Origin: Eledone cirrhosa
Taxonomy: Eukaryota
DNA: 64,000 nucleotides
Direction of reading: 5' to 3'
Assembly (NCBI GenBank): GCA_964016885.1
Contig: OZ024756.1
Location: 38,626,001 to 38,690,000 of the forward strand
A program made the position numbers and the translations under genes. Numbering within the stretch: the first letter of the stretch is position 1; every line of letters begins with the position of its first letter. Positions 1-12,792 of the stretch are shown one piece after another. The notes under the pieces were generated by a model, which did not search any database, had not been told where the DNA came from, and saw only the letters and a program-made list of their open reading frames with translations.

Positions 1-319
1 TATATACTCCACTCTATTTATGATATATACTCCACTCTATGATATATACTCCACTCTATGATATATACTCCACTCTATTTATGATATATACTCCACTCTA
101 TGATATATACTCCGCTCTATGATATATACTCCACTCTATTTATGATATATACTCCACTCTATTTATGATATATACTCCACTCTATGATATATACTCCGCT
201 CTATGATATATACTCCACTCTATTTATGATATATACTCCACTCTATTTATGATATATACTCCACTCTATGATATATACTCCACTCTATGATATATACTCC
301 ACTCTATTTATGATATATA
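1..319. repeat. Minisatellite, 19/23-bp unit ATATATACTCCACTCTAT(TTAT)G
   Basis: Direct tandem repetition from the window start. Confidence 0.95.
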
Positions 320-542
320 CAAATGTACAGGTCACACCATTTTTTTTCTTTCCATTCTTTATTTTTTACGAAAATACGAGGTGAAAATAACCCAACATGT
401 GACATATCTACTATACATACAAAACCTCATTTCAAAATATATAGTACATTATTTAAGTGATGTATCATCATCATCACATTCATCATTATACTACAGTAAG
501 TCTTACTCTGTTCTTTAAGTTTTAGAGATCTGATGTCACTAG

Positions 543-650
543 AAGGTGCTTGGCTTAGTGGTTAGAGCATTGGGCTTGCAATCGAAAGGTTGTGAGTTCA
601 ATTCTCGGAGCGGGGTAAAAATGAGATGATAGGACTGGGGTCCCTATCAT
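543..650 (+). mobile_element. tRNA-derived SINE head, internally deleted (CORE-type family)
   Basis: A box TGGCTTAGTGG and B box GAGTTCAATTC; near-identical to heads at 46910 and 51217. Confidence 0.8.
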
Positions 651-1109
651 TAAAATTACCCAAGCCACCGCCAACAAGATATACCTTGGAGGAGGCCAGC
701 TAAACCTGCATAGGTGTGAGCTGTCTCACACACACACACTAGAGTTGGTGAGTGTGTCTCCGAGGAGTTTGTTAGACTATGAGTAACAATGGTGTGTCAT
801 CATCACCGTTTGATATATTTTCTATGCTTGCCTGAAGTAGACAGGTTGTCACATACTGAGACTAGACTGGTCAGGTGATTACGAACTGCTGTTTGTAAGA
901 TCCGTTGTTGGCTTGGTTTCTATGGCCTGATGCCCTTCTTAATGCCAACCCCTTTATAGCTTGAACTGGGGTCACATTATCGTGACTCCGGCACTACCCC
1001 CTTGCAGATTGGACTGCATGCTTTTTTTGTCATGACCGATACTACCACCTTACAAGGTGGATCTGGTGCTTTTCGTGACACTTGCGCTACCTCCTTACAC
1101 AGTGAACTA

Positions 1110-1270
1110 GATGCTTATTACCATGGCACCAGCATTACCACCTTACTGGGTGGCCTGTGGCACCAGCACTACCACCATGCAGGGTGGCCTGGGTGCTTAT
1201 TACCATGGCACCAGTACTACTACCTTACAGGGTGGCCTGGGTGCTTATTACCATGGCACCAGTATTACCT
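1110..1270. repeat. ~48-bp tandem repeat derived from a SINE body segment
   Basis: TTACCATGGCACCAG..ACC..CAGGGTGGCCTGGGTGCTTA recurs 3-4 times and explains ORFs 1002 and 1157. Confidence 0.8.
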
Positions 1271-2621
1271 TATTATGATACTAGGGTGTTTGGTGTATCC
1301 TTGGTCAGGTTGGGAGGCATTGATGTGAATTGGGTGTATGTGTAAAAATGCTGCTGTTTAGGGCAGGAATGAAAGAAGACACCCCTCTGTGGGAGAGCAA
1401 GCACGGGGATATATATATATATATATATGTATATATATGTATGTAAAAGGTAAACAGAAATAACAATACAATCGGTACAGTATATGGAAAGGATATATTA
1501 GGTTAACGCTTGGTATAACAGGAATATATATATATATTTATCATCACCAGTGTTTTATGTTCCAGGTTTAGCATGGTTTCTATGGCTGGATGCATTTTGA
1601 CTTGTCATGGCATCAGTGCTACCACTTGCAGAGTGCACTGGGTGCATTTCAATGTGGCATCCACACTAGGGCGGTCATTGTGGCAATAACCAGACAGAGA
1701 GGGGCCGTGACGGGAGAGATGAGATGAGAGTTTGATGATACTAGCAATATTTTAATCAATATAATGCTTTAGTTATGTTCTCCATTAATAAACATATTCT
1801 TTTATAAAGGAACCAGCAAAGTTCTAATTATCCTTTAAAGAACAAAAAGTATTCTATAATGAAATTAAAATATATAATGCACTCCTTCTTAGGGAAGTAG
1901 GGTAGGATTTGCAGAGATCTGGTTGCTATTTCTATCAGGTTATTGTAATTCCATTTGTATCTTGTGCGTCTGTGAGTCACATCGTCGGTTTTTTTTTTGT
2001 TGTAATTTCTGCAGTAATGGTGTATATCTGATTAGATAGCTTTTAACCATTAGCCTGGCTATGATAATATGTCGGTGTGTATGTGTGTGTGTGTATATAT
2101 ATATAGATGCAAACACACACACACACACATATATATAGCATAATGAAAATGCGAAGTTCTTGTAGATGTTAAAGAGTTCTTTATTGATAAGGCTGTGATA
2201 CATATTTCAATGATGACAGTGGCCATGTGATTTCACGTAACCAGTGTCGTGATCTCATCAGACAGCTTCATTACATAATAAGGTTACGTTCTCGAGGCAA
2301 TCCAAACTAAAGCAGCAAGGGAACAGACAAAAATAATGTTTTTCAAGCCCTTGTAACTTGTTGAGAATAGGTACACTATCCCTATGTGATGAAACAAGCA
2401 ACAATGAGGGTTGGTGTCAAGAAAGGTCACTCAGCTGTATAACATTGCCTGAAAAAGTCCCACCCTGCCCATGCCAATATGGAAAAGTTGACATAAAAAC
2501 GATGATGATGATGATACTTTATTATAATATATAGTTTAGTGTGCTTGCTTCTTCTGTCATTGAATTAGTTTCACTGCTCAATTCTCTGTGTTTGATTGTG
2601 AAAATTGTGTATTGCTTCCAA

Positions 2622-2818
2622 TTAATCCTTTACCATTTACTTTACTTTATACTATTGTATTTTCACGGTAAAGGCTTTATCTTACATAATATCGAATCTA
2701 CGAGATTCTGAGAACAATACTTTATCATCAGTATGAGTGGCTGGTTACAGCTGGTTTGAACAGAAAGAGGTGAGACAATTCTGGCTGGATATGGCCAGTT
2801 TAAATGCTAAAGGGTTCA
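2622..2818 (+). mobile_element. TTAA-flanked ~210-bp MITE (piggyBac-like), family P
   Basis: TTAA-CCCTTTAGCATTTA ... TAAATGCTAAAGGG-TTAA termini; about 16 copies in the window. Confidence 0.85.
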
Positions 2819-3054
2819 AGAATAAATGTGGACGGTTGATTAGCAGAATTGTTAGTGTGTTGGATGAAATGCATTGCAGTATTTTGTTATGAGCTGCTAC
2901 ATTCTGGTTTCAAATCCCATCCAGGTAACTTTACCTTTCATCCTTCCAATGTTGATAAAATAAAATACCAGTCACATACTGGGGTTGATATAATTACCCC
3001 CCCCCCCCCCCCAAAAAAAAAATTTGCTGGCCTTGTGCCTAATGTTATGAACAA

Positions 3055-3270
3055 TTAACCCTTTAGCATTTAAACCAGCCATATCTGGCTAGAATTCTCT
3101 CACCTCTTTCTGTTCCAACTGGCTGTAACTGGCCATTTATACTGATGTTAAGGTATTGTTCTCAAAATAAATAATATGCAAATCTCATAGATTTGATATT
3201 ATGTGAGGTAAAGTCTTTACCGTGAAAATATAATAGTTAATCTAGAGTAATGTAAATGCTAAAGGGTTAA
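3055..3270 (-). mobile_element. MITE family P
   Basis: Intact TIRs with TTAA at both ends. Confidence 0.9.
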
Positions 3271-4011
3271 AGAATGGATGTTCTGCTGCAACAAAGAAGC
3301 TCCCATGTTGGGTCAACATATGAGAAATGCTAGGTTGTTGTTAGAAGAGAGGAAATAGTTCACATTCTGCGCAGCATCTCAACAGTATTCCTTGACTGCC
3401 CTCTTTTACTGCATGTGCACATGTGCATTAATTTCTCTTTTCTGGGAGTCATAAACTATACATAATGGTGCAACAGGAAACAACATTTTATCTGGTTCTC
3501 AGAATTTATACCATAAATTGACATCAGTTTGTGAAGAATTGTAAACTCAGGGAACAATTAACTATATTATAGCTTCTTACAGAGATTACAGGATTTCAGA
3601 ATGAAGTATGGTTGGTACAAACTTACTCATATTACATGTTTCAGCCCTGGCCCACATATGTGTTGTCTCATTGCCCCCTATCTCTCTGTTTCATAGCTAC
3701 TATGATGCCCTCTGCTCCTCAGAGCTGGCTGGTCTTGTGGTACTTGTCTCTAGTTCGACAAATATGTTGTCCTACCCTCTTTCTCTCTGCTTGTTTCATA
3801 GTTACTGTAATGGCCTCTGCTCCTCAGAACTGGCTGGTCTTATGACACCTCAGTTAAGCCACTTTTCTTTCCTATTCTCATCTCCAATGCTGTATCTAAT
3901 TACACAGTTGTCACACTAGTTACTACATTCAGGCTTTCTTACTCAGAATATCACCTGATTGAAATTCTCTCCCTGTACCCTGTACATATCTTTCCTGCTG
4001 TTGTCAACTTG

Positions 4012-4285
4012 TAATGACTGGTGTAGCAGTATCATTGTCAAAAGTGATCCTCCTCTTGAACATAGTACCTTAGAGGCATCAAACTGCTGGACAAGATTAT
4101 GAAAGTCACTGAAAGGGTTATTTACCAATGTTATCTTGCTATTGAGACAACAACTGGAGAAGTATTTAGATTAGCATTTATTGCCCTGGGGAAGGACTGG
4201 GGTTCCTTTTTATTGCAGAATTGCTTGGGAACAAAATTAAAGTTGATGAGATACAGTTCAGATTTGTGTCAGAAAGAGACCTCTT
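4012..4285 (+). mobile_element. Degenerate RTE-clade LINE reverse transcriptase fragments
   Basis: Translates RGIKLLDKIMKVTERVI and IKVDEIQFRFV, matching RTE RT motifs (YRGIKLL; DEMQFGF); frameshifted and rearranged. Confidence 0.75.
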
Positions 4286-4536
4286 TTTCCAAAGTTTGGC
4301 AAGTTTCCTACAGTTGATGCTTTTCTTAAAACCAACCACTTTACAGAGTGTATTGGGTGTATTTTATTGTGGTACCAACACTAGAGAGACTAAACCAGTG
4401 AAGCCAGATGAGAGGTCATGGATGGGATTCTAAGTAAATTAATTTAAAGCATCTATTTCTATTTACCGATATGTGAAGTCTACTAGGTTGTGTATTACTA
4501 TTTTTTTCAACATTAAACCTTTCATGACACCCTATA

Positions 4537-4945
4537 TTTAACCCTTTTCATACCAAACCATTCCCTGGTCCTATATGATATTTTAAAGTGTTTATATTTA
4601 TCCCCTATATAATATTTTAAAGTGTTTATATTTATCCCCAAAAACTTTCTGGCGTAATTTTATGTAAGAACTTTTGTTAAGTTATGTTCCAACATTAGCT
4701 TAATACTGAGAAATCTTATTTTTTTCCAAATCTTAATTATATTTTCCAAAATCTTAATTATTTTCCAAATTATTTGAATATCATGAGCAGTGTCTTTTGT
4801 TAGAAATATAGAAATGAAATGGTTAAAGTGTATATTTTTAAAAACCTTCCATCATAATTTTATGTAAGACTTACAGACTTAATTCTATGTAAGACTAATA
4901 ATTTAATGAGGCAATTAGTTATGTTACTAGATCTTCCAAATTGTT
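4537..4945. mobile_element. Second AT-rich TTAA-type MITE family, tandem degenerate copies
   Basis: CCTTCCATCATAATTTTATGTAAG...TTATGTTCCAAACA motif recurs at ~17290-17590, 34155-34630, 61130-61560 and 61850-62185. Confidence 0.65.
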
Positions 4946-5197
4946 GATTTACTGGTTTGACTCTTAGAGCAGGTGACACATTGTGTTCTTGAGCAAGACA
5001 TTTATTTCACTTTGCACAGATCCACTCAGCTGAAAAAATGAGTACCAGCAATATCTGAGGGTTAACTATGTCAGATTGGCAACTGATACTCTCAGTTGCT
5101 TAACACCACATGAAACCATAATATGTTTCAATCTGTTGAGCCTCTGGGTTTGGCACGTTGTCACTGAACACTTTTCATATTTCTCCCAGTAAAGAAT

Positions 5198-5408
5198 TTA
5201 ACCCTTTAGTATTTAAACCGGCCATATCCGGCCAGAATTCTCTCATATTTTTCTGTTCAAACCGGCCATAACCGGCTGCTCATACCAACGTTAAGGTATT
5301 GTTTTCAAAATAAATAATATCATCATCAAAAACTTGTAGATTTAATATTATATGAGATAAAGCCTTTACCACAAAAATGCAATCATAATGTAAATGCTAA
5401 AGGGTTAG
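5198..5408 (-). mobile_element. MITE family P
   Basis: Same TIRs and internal sequence. Confidence 0.9.
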
Positions 5409-5502
5409 TAAATGTTAAAGGGATTTAGTAATATGAGTTTGTCATTATTAAGTTGTTCTTTGAAACATGACATACCAACATTTCTTGCATAGAATTATAA
5501 TG

Positions 5503-5719
5503 GTTTTTACTTTAGGCACAAGGCCAGTAATTTGGGGGGAGGGGAAAGTCGATTAAATTGACCCCAGTGCGTGAATGGTACTTTATTTTATCGACCCCAT
5601 AAGGATGAAAGGCAAAGTTAACCTCGGCGGGATTTGAGCTCAGATCATAAAGTGCCGTAACTCTTTGCTGCAAAGCATGGCGTCCAACGCTCTACCGATA
5701 CTGCCAATCCACCGCCCTC
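5503..5719 (-). mobile_element. Full-length tRNA-derived SINE with Meta-like central domain
   Basis: GCCTTTCATCCTTA.GGGGTCGATAAAATAAAGTACCA core; 19-bp TSD CTTGCATAGAATTATAATG at 5484-5502 and 5720-5738. Confidence 0.9.
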
Positions 5720-5981
5720 CTTGCATAGAATTATAATGAAAGATTTTAGATAACCCTTTAACCCTTTCATTATCCAATGAAAGACACTGCCTATAATGTT
5801 TAATAATTTTGAAAATAATCTAGAATTTATTGGGATTTAGTAATATAACTAACTTTTCTTACCATAGTTCTGCCTGTGAATCATTTTGAAACTAGTCAAG
5901 AATTTAGTGTGGCTGTATATAAGAAGAATATAGCTCCATGTACATGTATGTGTTCATCATCATACGTTCGCTTTTCCCTGC

Positions 5982-6012
<31 letters not shown>

Positions 6013-6182
6013 CAGTGCTGCATATAGGACAAATGGGGCCTTGTGCTGGTTGAGTTATGAGGCTCCTTACTTGGGCCCTGAAGGAGGTAACAAGTTTTTT
6101 TGACAGGAAGATGCCCCTCTCCCCTGGCCAACGGGGGCCCTGTGCTTAAGCACAGCTAAGGATAATGTTAAATCCGGCAGTG
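6013..6182. mobile_element. Possible hAT-type MITE in a (GT)n tract
   Basis: CAGTGCTG...TAAATCCGGCAGTG degenerate termini and GGGCCC motifs. Confidence 0.45.
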
Positions 6183-6491
6183 TGTGTGTCTGTATGTGTG
6201 TGTGTCTGTATATGTGTGTGAGTGAGAGAGAGGTGGGAGTAGATAGGTTGACAATTGACAATTTCTTTTAAATCATATCTGTATTCCATGCATTCTAATA
6301 AGATAAATTTCAAACATTTTTTGACAGAGCCTAGTGTTCGTGTGTCAGACAGACAGAGAGTCTGTGCAGTTATTATAATATAGATATTGTTATTACATTT
6401 ATTTACTTGAGTGTCAATTATTATGAGAATTAATATAGTAGTTCATTGATTTATTGATTAATCCCCCCCCCCCCCCATACAACTGTTCTGT

Positions 6492-6523
<32 letters not shown>

Positions 6524-6826
6524 TTTCTGTCTGGATGTCTGTCTGTCTGTCATGCTCTCTCTTCGCTTCTGTCTGTCTGTTATGCTCCATCGTTGTTCTC
6601 CCTCTCTCTCTCACCCCCTCTCTCTCTCCTCATGTCTGTCTGACTGTCTCTGTCTCTTTCTCTCTCTCTCTCTCTCTCTCCTCATGTCTGTCTGACTGTC
6701 TCTCTCTCTCTCTCCTCATGTCAGCACCCCAACCCCACCCCCATCAGTCTCTCTCTGTTCCAGTATATTTTACACATTATTTTTTGGTTACATGAAATAG
6801 ATATTTGATTGCAAAGAATGTGTGTT

Positions 6827-6884
<58 letters not shown>

Positions 6885-7328
6885 AAGTCCATAGAATCAT
6901 TAGATAAAATATAAGCAGTATTTCTTATATATATATTTGTGTATATATTTATATATATATATATATATATATATACAAATATGTATATATATATTCATAT
7001 ATATATAATGCCCTGTTATTCCACTATTATCTATATTGGTACTTTATTTGATATATACACAATGTATATTTTTACGGTGAACCCATTCCTCCGTAATTCC
7101 CTATTTGGATAAAATTCTTCCCCTTGGAAGCCGCCAAAATGCCACCTCTTGGTGAACCATTATATTAACCTAATTTTCTACTTTCTCGTGTGTCCCCCTC
7201 CATGCACCACCTAAAAGTATGACTGTAAATTGGCTGAGTTATTAGTGGGAGTCGGGTGAAGTTGCTTTGCGAGGAGTATTTATTCTGGTACCCTGCACGC
7301 CCAATTGAAATCTCGTCGAGGCCCACCC

Positions 7329-7731
7329 AAGTCGACTGTACCGTGTTTTCATCGTTTCGGTGTGTCAATAATAGACCTGCCAACCTCTAAAAACCCAAAC
7401 GGGGAGCACTATGAAAAAAAAGTGCCCAAAACGGGGAGAAATTACGCAAATTGGGGTGATTTTCCGAATTAACCCTCGCCCCGAAGCCAACCGAAGTCGA
7501 TTGTACCGTGTTTTCATCTTTCTGTGTGTCAATAATACACCTGCCAACCTCTAAAAACCCAAACGGGGAGTACCATGAAAAAGAAAAGTGTCCTAAACGG
7601 GGAGAATGACGCAAAATGGGGTGATTTTATTTAATGAAAGCTATCGCCATTTTCACAAGAGAAGACGTTTCTCACCAACCCCAAAGTGGTTTGGAGATCT
7701 CCCCGTCCGATGGGGAGAATTGACAGGTCTG
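7329..7731. mobile_element. GC-rich MITE with a duplicated left end
   Basis: TAGACCTGCCAA (7372) and TTGACAGGTCTG (7731) inverted termini; a ~135-bp segment is duplicated at 7329 and 7495. Confidence 0.65.
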
Positions 7732-7744
7732 CAATAAAATAACC

Positions 7745-8065
7745 GAAAGGTCTTTGGAGTAACGTTGGAGATCTGGATGTCACTGCATATCGTGAGATCA
7801 CAACTCTGGTACTATGGAAATATGTTGAGAAGGTTTAAGGAAAGTATCACTGGACATATTTGTTACAGGCGAAGTCAACCGACAGGGAACCCCAGAGGCT
7901 GACTACGAACAAAGATGGTTGGATAACATCTATGAGCTCTGTTGGTCTCGCTTGGGGATCCTACCAGATCATTAGGAGATGATTGCTTCTGATAGGACCA
8001 TCTAGAAGACTGATATGACCATCATGGGACTGCTCCCACGACCGTTCGAGGAATAAGTGGGCAAA
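7745..8065 (+). mobile_element. RTE-clade LINE 3' end
   Basis: Remnant of the SQL(R)WYG...PRG..RWLDNIYELCWSRLGI C-terminus; related copy at 54895-55095 (-). Confidence 0.75.
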
Positions 8066-8218
8066 GGAGGAGGTCTGGTGGTATGAACAGTGCCCACCAC
8101 ATCTACAGTCTCTAAATCGTAAAATAATGTAAAACTTAGAGGGAAATATTGAATACTTCTCACCTGAAAAAGTTTATAAATAAATTCTAAAGTACGAATC
8201 ACTTCTTTCACTCAGTTT

Positions 8219-9470
8219 AGTCTGTCTGGTCTACAACGTCTGGTCTACACCGTCTGTCTGGTCTACCACGTCTGTCTGGTCTACCACGTCTGTCTGGTCT
8301 ACAACGTCTGTCTGGTCTATAACGTCTGTCTGGTCTACACCGTCTATCTGGTCTACCACGTCTGTCTGGTCTACCACGTCTGTCTGGTCTATAACGTCTG
8401 TCTGGTCTACCACGTCTGTCTGGTCTATAACGTCTGTCTGGTCTATAACGTCTGTCTGGTCTACCACGTCTGTCTGGTTTACAACGTCTGTCTGGTCTAC
8501 AACGTCTGTCTGGTCTACCACGTCTGTCTGGTCTACCACGTCTGTCTGGTCTACCACGTCTGTCTGGTCTACAACGTCTGTCTGGTCTACAACGTCTGTC
8601 TGGTCTATAAGTCTGTCTGGTCTACAACGTCTGTCTGGTCTACAACGTCTGTCTGGTCTATAACGTCTGTCTGGCCAATAACGTCTGTCTGGTCTACAGC
8701 GTCTGTCTGGTCTACAACGTCTGTCTGGGCTACAACGTCTGTGGTCTATAAGTCTGTCTGGTCTATAAGTCTGTCTGGTCTACAACGTCTGTCTGGTCTA
8801 CAACGTCTGTCTGGTCTACAACGTCTGTTTGGTCTACACCGTCTGTCTGGTCTATAAGTCTGTCTGGTCTACAACGTCTGTCTGGTCTACAACGTCTGTC
8901 TGGTCTATAACGTCTGTCTGGTCTATCACGTCTGTCTGGTCTACCACGTCTGTCTGGTCTACAACGTCTGTCTGGTCTATAATCTGTCTGGTCTACAACG
9001 TCTGTCTGGTCTACCACGTCTGTCTGGTCTACAACGTCTGTCTGGTCTACACTGTCTGTCTGATCTACAACGTCTGTCTGGTCTACAACGTCTGTCTGGT
9101 CTACAACGTCTGTCTGGTCTACAACGTCTGTCTGGTCTACAACGTCTGTCTGGTCTACAACGTCTGTCTGGTCTACCACGTCTGTCTGGTCTACACCGTC
9201 TGTCTGGTCTATAATCTGTCTGGTCTACCACGTCTGTCTGGTCTACCACGTCTGTCTGGTCTATAACGTCTGTCTAGTCTATAACGTCTGTCTGGTCTAC
9301 AACGTCTGTCTGGTCTATAAGTCTGTCTGGTCTATAAGTCTGTCTGGTCTACAACGTCTGTCTGGTCTACAACGTCTGTCTGGTCTATAACGTCTGTCTG
9401 GTCTACCACGTCTGTCTGGTCTACAACGTCTGTCTGGTCTACCACGCCTGTCTGGTCTATAACGCCTATC
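8219..9470. repeat. 18-bp minisatellite GTCTGTCTGGTCTACAAC (~70 units)
   Basis: Contiguous units without spacers; source of the VDQTDV ORFs. Confidence 0.97.
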
Positions 9471-9641
9471 TGGTGATCACACAGACCCCCAGTAATATAC
9501 TGAGGGCAGGACGTGATATTCACTCAACTGACTTATCTTCATTATTGTCTGACTCTCTGCCAGACTATACCAGTCGCCATTACGTAATCACACAGATTTT
9601 TGCATATTTTGTAATGTCTGATGTCAGTTTTATATTCACTT

Positions 9642-9880
9642 GTGGTAGTAGTAGTGGTGGTGGTAGTTGTAGTTGTGGTGGTAGTTGTAGTAGTGGTGGT
9701 AGTGGTAGTAGTAGTGGTGGTGGTAGTGGTAGTAGTAGGGGTGGTGGTAGTAGTGGTGGTAGTAGTGGTGGTAGTGGTAGTAGTAGTAGTGGTGGTAGTA
9801 GTAGTCGTGGTGGTGGTAGTGGTGGTAGTAGTGGTGGTGGTATTAGTAGTAGTAGTCGTGGTGGTGGTGGTAGTAGTGAT
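9642..9880. repeat. (GGT/AGT)n microsatellite
   Basis: Direct inspection. Confidence 0.95.
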
Positions 9881-10734
9881 GGGGTAAATTTAGTTGGATA
9901 AATTATCTTTTCAGCTGGGTCGTCTTTTTCTCTCTTTCTCTCCCCCTTTTTCTCTTTCTCCCTTCGCCTTAGCTATCGTTGCTGGAAGTAAGACAATGAA
10001 AATATCTCGTCGCATCAGATTCATTTCGTATGCTCCATAAGGTTCGTCAGTTCGATCCCCGGCGGCATATTCTGACCTTGAGCAAAGCACTTTATTTTTC
10101 ATTGCTCCAGTCCATTCACCTGGTTAAAAAAAAAAAATGATTAACAAACAAACCAAAAAACGAGCTGTACCTGTACTTCAAAGTACCCAATTATGTCATA
10201 CAGTGTTATGCTGAATCTCCCTGAGAACTAGGTTAATGGTACTAGGCCGTTCCGTTACCAATAAGAAACCAAAAAATCACAGGCACTATTTGATTTTCAC
10301 TTCAGCTCTAGTTAGTTAAAGTGCTTTCGCCACACATTGCAACCTCCTCAATGACCGTGTTTTTCTTTGTGCCCCTTTTCTTCTTCATTGGCAATATTGG
10401 TAACATATAACAATATCTTCAACACACGATTTCACATCAAGAATCTTGCAAAGCAAATACACACACACACGCACAAACGAACGAACACAAATCGATCGTC
10501 AGCTCAGATCAAGGAAACAATGTTTGCATCTGTTTCCCTCCCAGGCTGATACCATCTGTTGGTAGTCACAACTCTTGACAAAAGAAGAAGGTAAGATTTG
10601 AACACAGGACCCTCAAAGCTGAATCGGATACTGTCCCCCTGCTACCCTGTCCCTCATCCTACTGGCCCAGTTAACTCTGATCGACCGACAAGATCCCAGA
10701 CCTCATTCGCTTGCCGATGGGGCTGGGAGTGGTT

Positions 10735-10814
10735 GTAGACCTCGTCAAATTGGATCAAGGAAACAAAGTTTCCATTGGTCTTTCCATTGCTGATACTATC
10801 TACCGGTCGCAACC

Positions 10815-10847
<33 letters not shown>

Positions 10848-11095
10848 TATATATAGTGAGAGAGAGGGAGAGATAGATGAATATATATTCATGTAGATAA
10901 ATAGACCAAGGAAACAATGTTTCCATTGGTCTTTCTTTTGCTTGATACTGTCTACCGGTCGCAACTCCTGACAGAAGGAGCAACGTGAAATAAAATGTCT
11001 TGCTCAAGGAACACAACACATCACTCGGTCCGAGAATTGAACTCGCAACCTCACCATTACCAATCCAACTCTGTAACCCCTAAGCCACGCACTTC
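10735..11095 (-). mobile_element. CORE-type tRNA SINE with duplicated 3' part
   Basis: Reverse complement of TGTTCCTTGAGCAAGACATTTTATTTCACGTTGCTCC; matches + copies at 15400 and 51350. Confidence 0.85.
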
Positions 11096-11439
11096 GACCT
11101 CAAAACGATGAAAGGTAAAGTAGGACCCTAGCGGTATTTGAACCTTTACAGAAAAGACTCAGAACAAATACCGCCGTGGCATTTAGTCTAGCATTCCAAC
11201 GACTTCTGACTGTTGAAGACATATACAGATAACAAGAGTGTGGGTTGGGGTGGAATATGGTGGTGGTGGTGGAATAGGGAGCTCACTGACCGCTTGGGGT
11301 GGTGGTGGTGGGGTGGAATAGGGAGCTCACTGACCCCTTAGCTCTTCGAAGTGGACTCCTTTTATTGCAAAGTTAAGAGTGTGAAGAAGATAAACAGTTT
11401 ACTGTCTAGAGGCTTGGTTGATGGCCAAGTGACCTTAAC

Positions 11440-11850
11440 TACTAACACCACCAACAACACCACCACCAACACCACAACCACCGCCACTACCACAACCACC
11501 GCCATACCACTAACAACACCACCACCACTACCATTAATAACCCCCCCCCCCCCCCCTCACCACTAACACTACCACCACTAACACCACTACTACCATTAAT
11601 ACCCCCCACCACCAGTAACACCACCACCGCCACCACCACCACCACCGCCACTAGCACCACCACCACTAACACCACCACCACCACCACCACCACCACTACC
11701 ACCACCACTAACACCACCACCACCACCACCACTACCACTAACACCACCACCACCACCACTAACACCACCGCCACCACCACCACCACCACCACTAACACCA
11801 CCGCCACCACCACCACCACCACCACCACCACCACCACCACCACCACCACC
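11440..11850. repeat. (CAC)n microsatellite
   Basis: Direct inspection. Confidence 0.95.
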
Positions 11851-12340
11851 TGTCTGTCTGTCAGAAGCTGATTTCGTTGGTAGCGACTGACGTAACTCCA
11901 GTGCAACCGGCTGATGAAGTAAGTGTGCAGTATTTGCAGCCGGGTGCACACACTGAGACACACACACACACATAGACTCTCCCACACATACACATACACT
12001 CTGACACACACACACACATGCATTCCCACATACTCACATACACACACACACACACACACACACGTTTACAGCCACACCACACATACACACCAGACTCACA
12101 CACACACACGTTTACATACACACCACACTCACACACACGTTTACAGACACACCACACATACACACACTGCAGTTAATTTTACATTGTGCGGCGGCTTGGC
12201 TTTTTTCTTCGGCAGTCGACAGAACCGGCGAGTGCGGCGGCGGCGGCGGCAGCAACAGCGGCGGCGGCGGCGAAGAATTTGTGGGGTGGTGGGGTAGGTG
12301 GTGGTGAGGGCGGGGTGGTGAAATCACACGACGCAATAAC
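11850..12340. promoter_or_regulatory. CpG-rich, (GCG)n-containing candidate promoter/5'UTR region
   Basis: GCG runs at 12188-12272 and a TGACGTAA site at 11888; unique CpG-retaining sequence between microsatellites. Confidence 0.4.
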
Positions 12341-12557
12341 ATTGCTTTCTTTTCCTCCTCCTTCCCCTCTCTTGCTTTCCTTCATTTCTATCCTATCTTT
12401 CTCTTCCTCTTACCACACCTCTTTCCCCCTTTCTCCCATTCCTACGGCCACCATCCCCCTATCCCTACCTCTCTCTGTCTATATAGTTTATCACTTCTCT
12501 CTCTCTCTCTCCCCACTGTCTATGTATGTATCTATGTGTATATATGTATCTATGTAT

Positions 12558-12713
12558 TAGGAACGAGTAGGACCCCCGCAGAATTAGCCGTCGAAACGAC
12601 TTGAGCTCAGCCGTCGGGGTCCTACTCAATCCTATTACCCACTCTACTACCCTAAGTGTTGAGTACTTTGGTGCGTTATGGTCCATTTGGTTCCTTACCA
12701 CGTTTCCTTCGTT
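12558..12713 (+). mobile_element. TA-embedded Penelope-like pLTR remnant, family D, degenerate hammerhead
   Basis: 12-bp stem GAGTAGGACCCC/GGGGTCCTACTC enclosing C-GCAGA...GAAACGAC..GCCGTC; relatives at 29743-29810 and 51650-51720. Confidence 0.55.
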
Positions 12714-12792
12714 ATATATATGTGTGTGTGTGTGTGTATATGTATGTATACATGTACCTATGTTGGTCTGTATGTAACTATGTATATATCTA

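Noticed and set aside
8219-9470. CRISPR-like array
   Set aside because: Units are contiguous with no unique spacers, the context is eukaryotic and no cas genes are present
9473-9901. Gly/Ser-rich, poly-Thr and poly-Pro ORFs (also 11487-12059, 59013-59558, 60251-60821)
   Set aside because: Trinucleotide microsatellites without splice or domain support
11911-11950. CTGATGA as a hammerhead, SECIS or C/D box
   Set aside because: No downstream GAAA/NUH, SECIS quartet partner or properly placed D box
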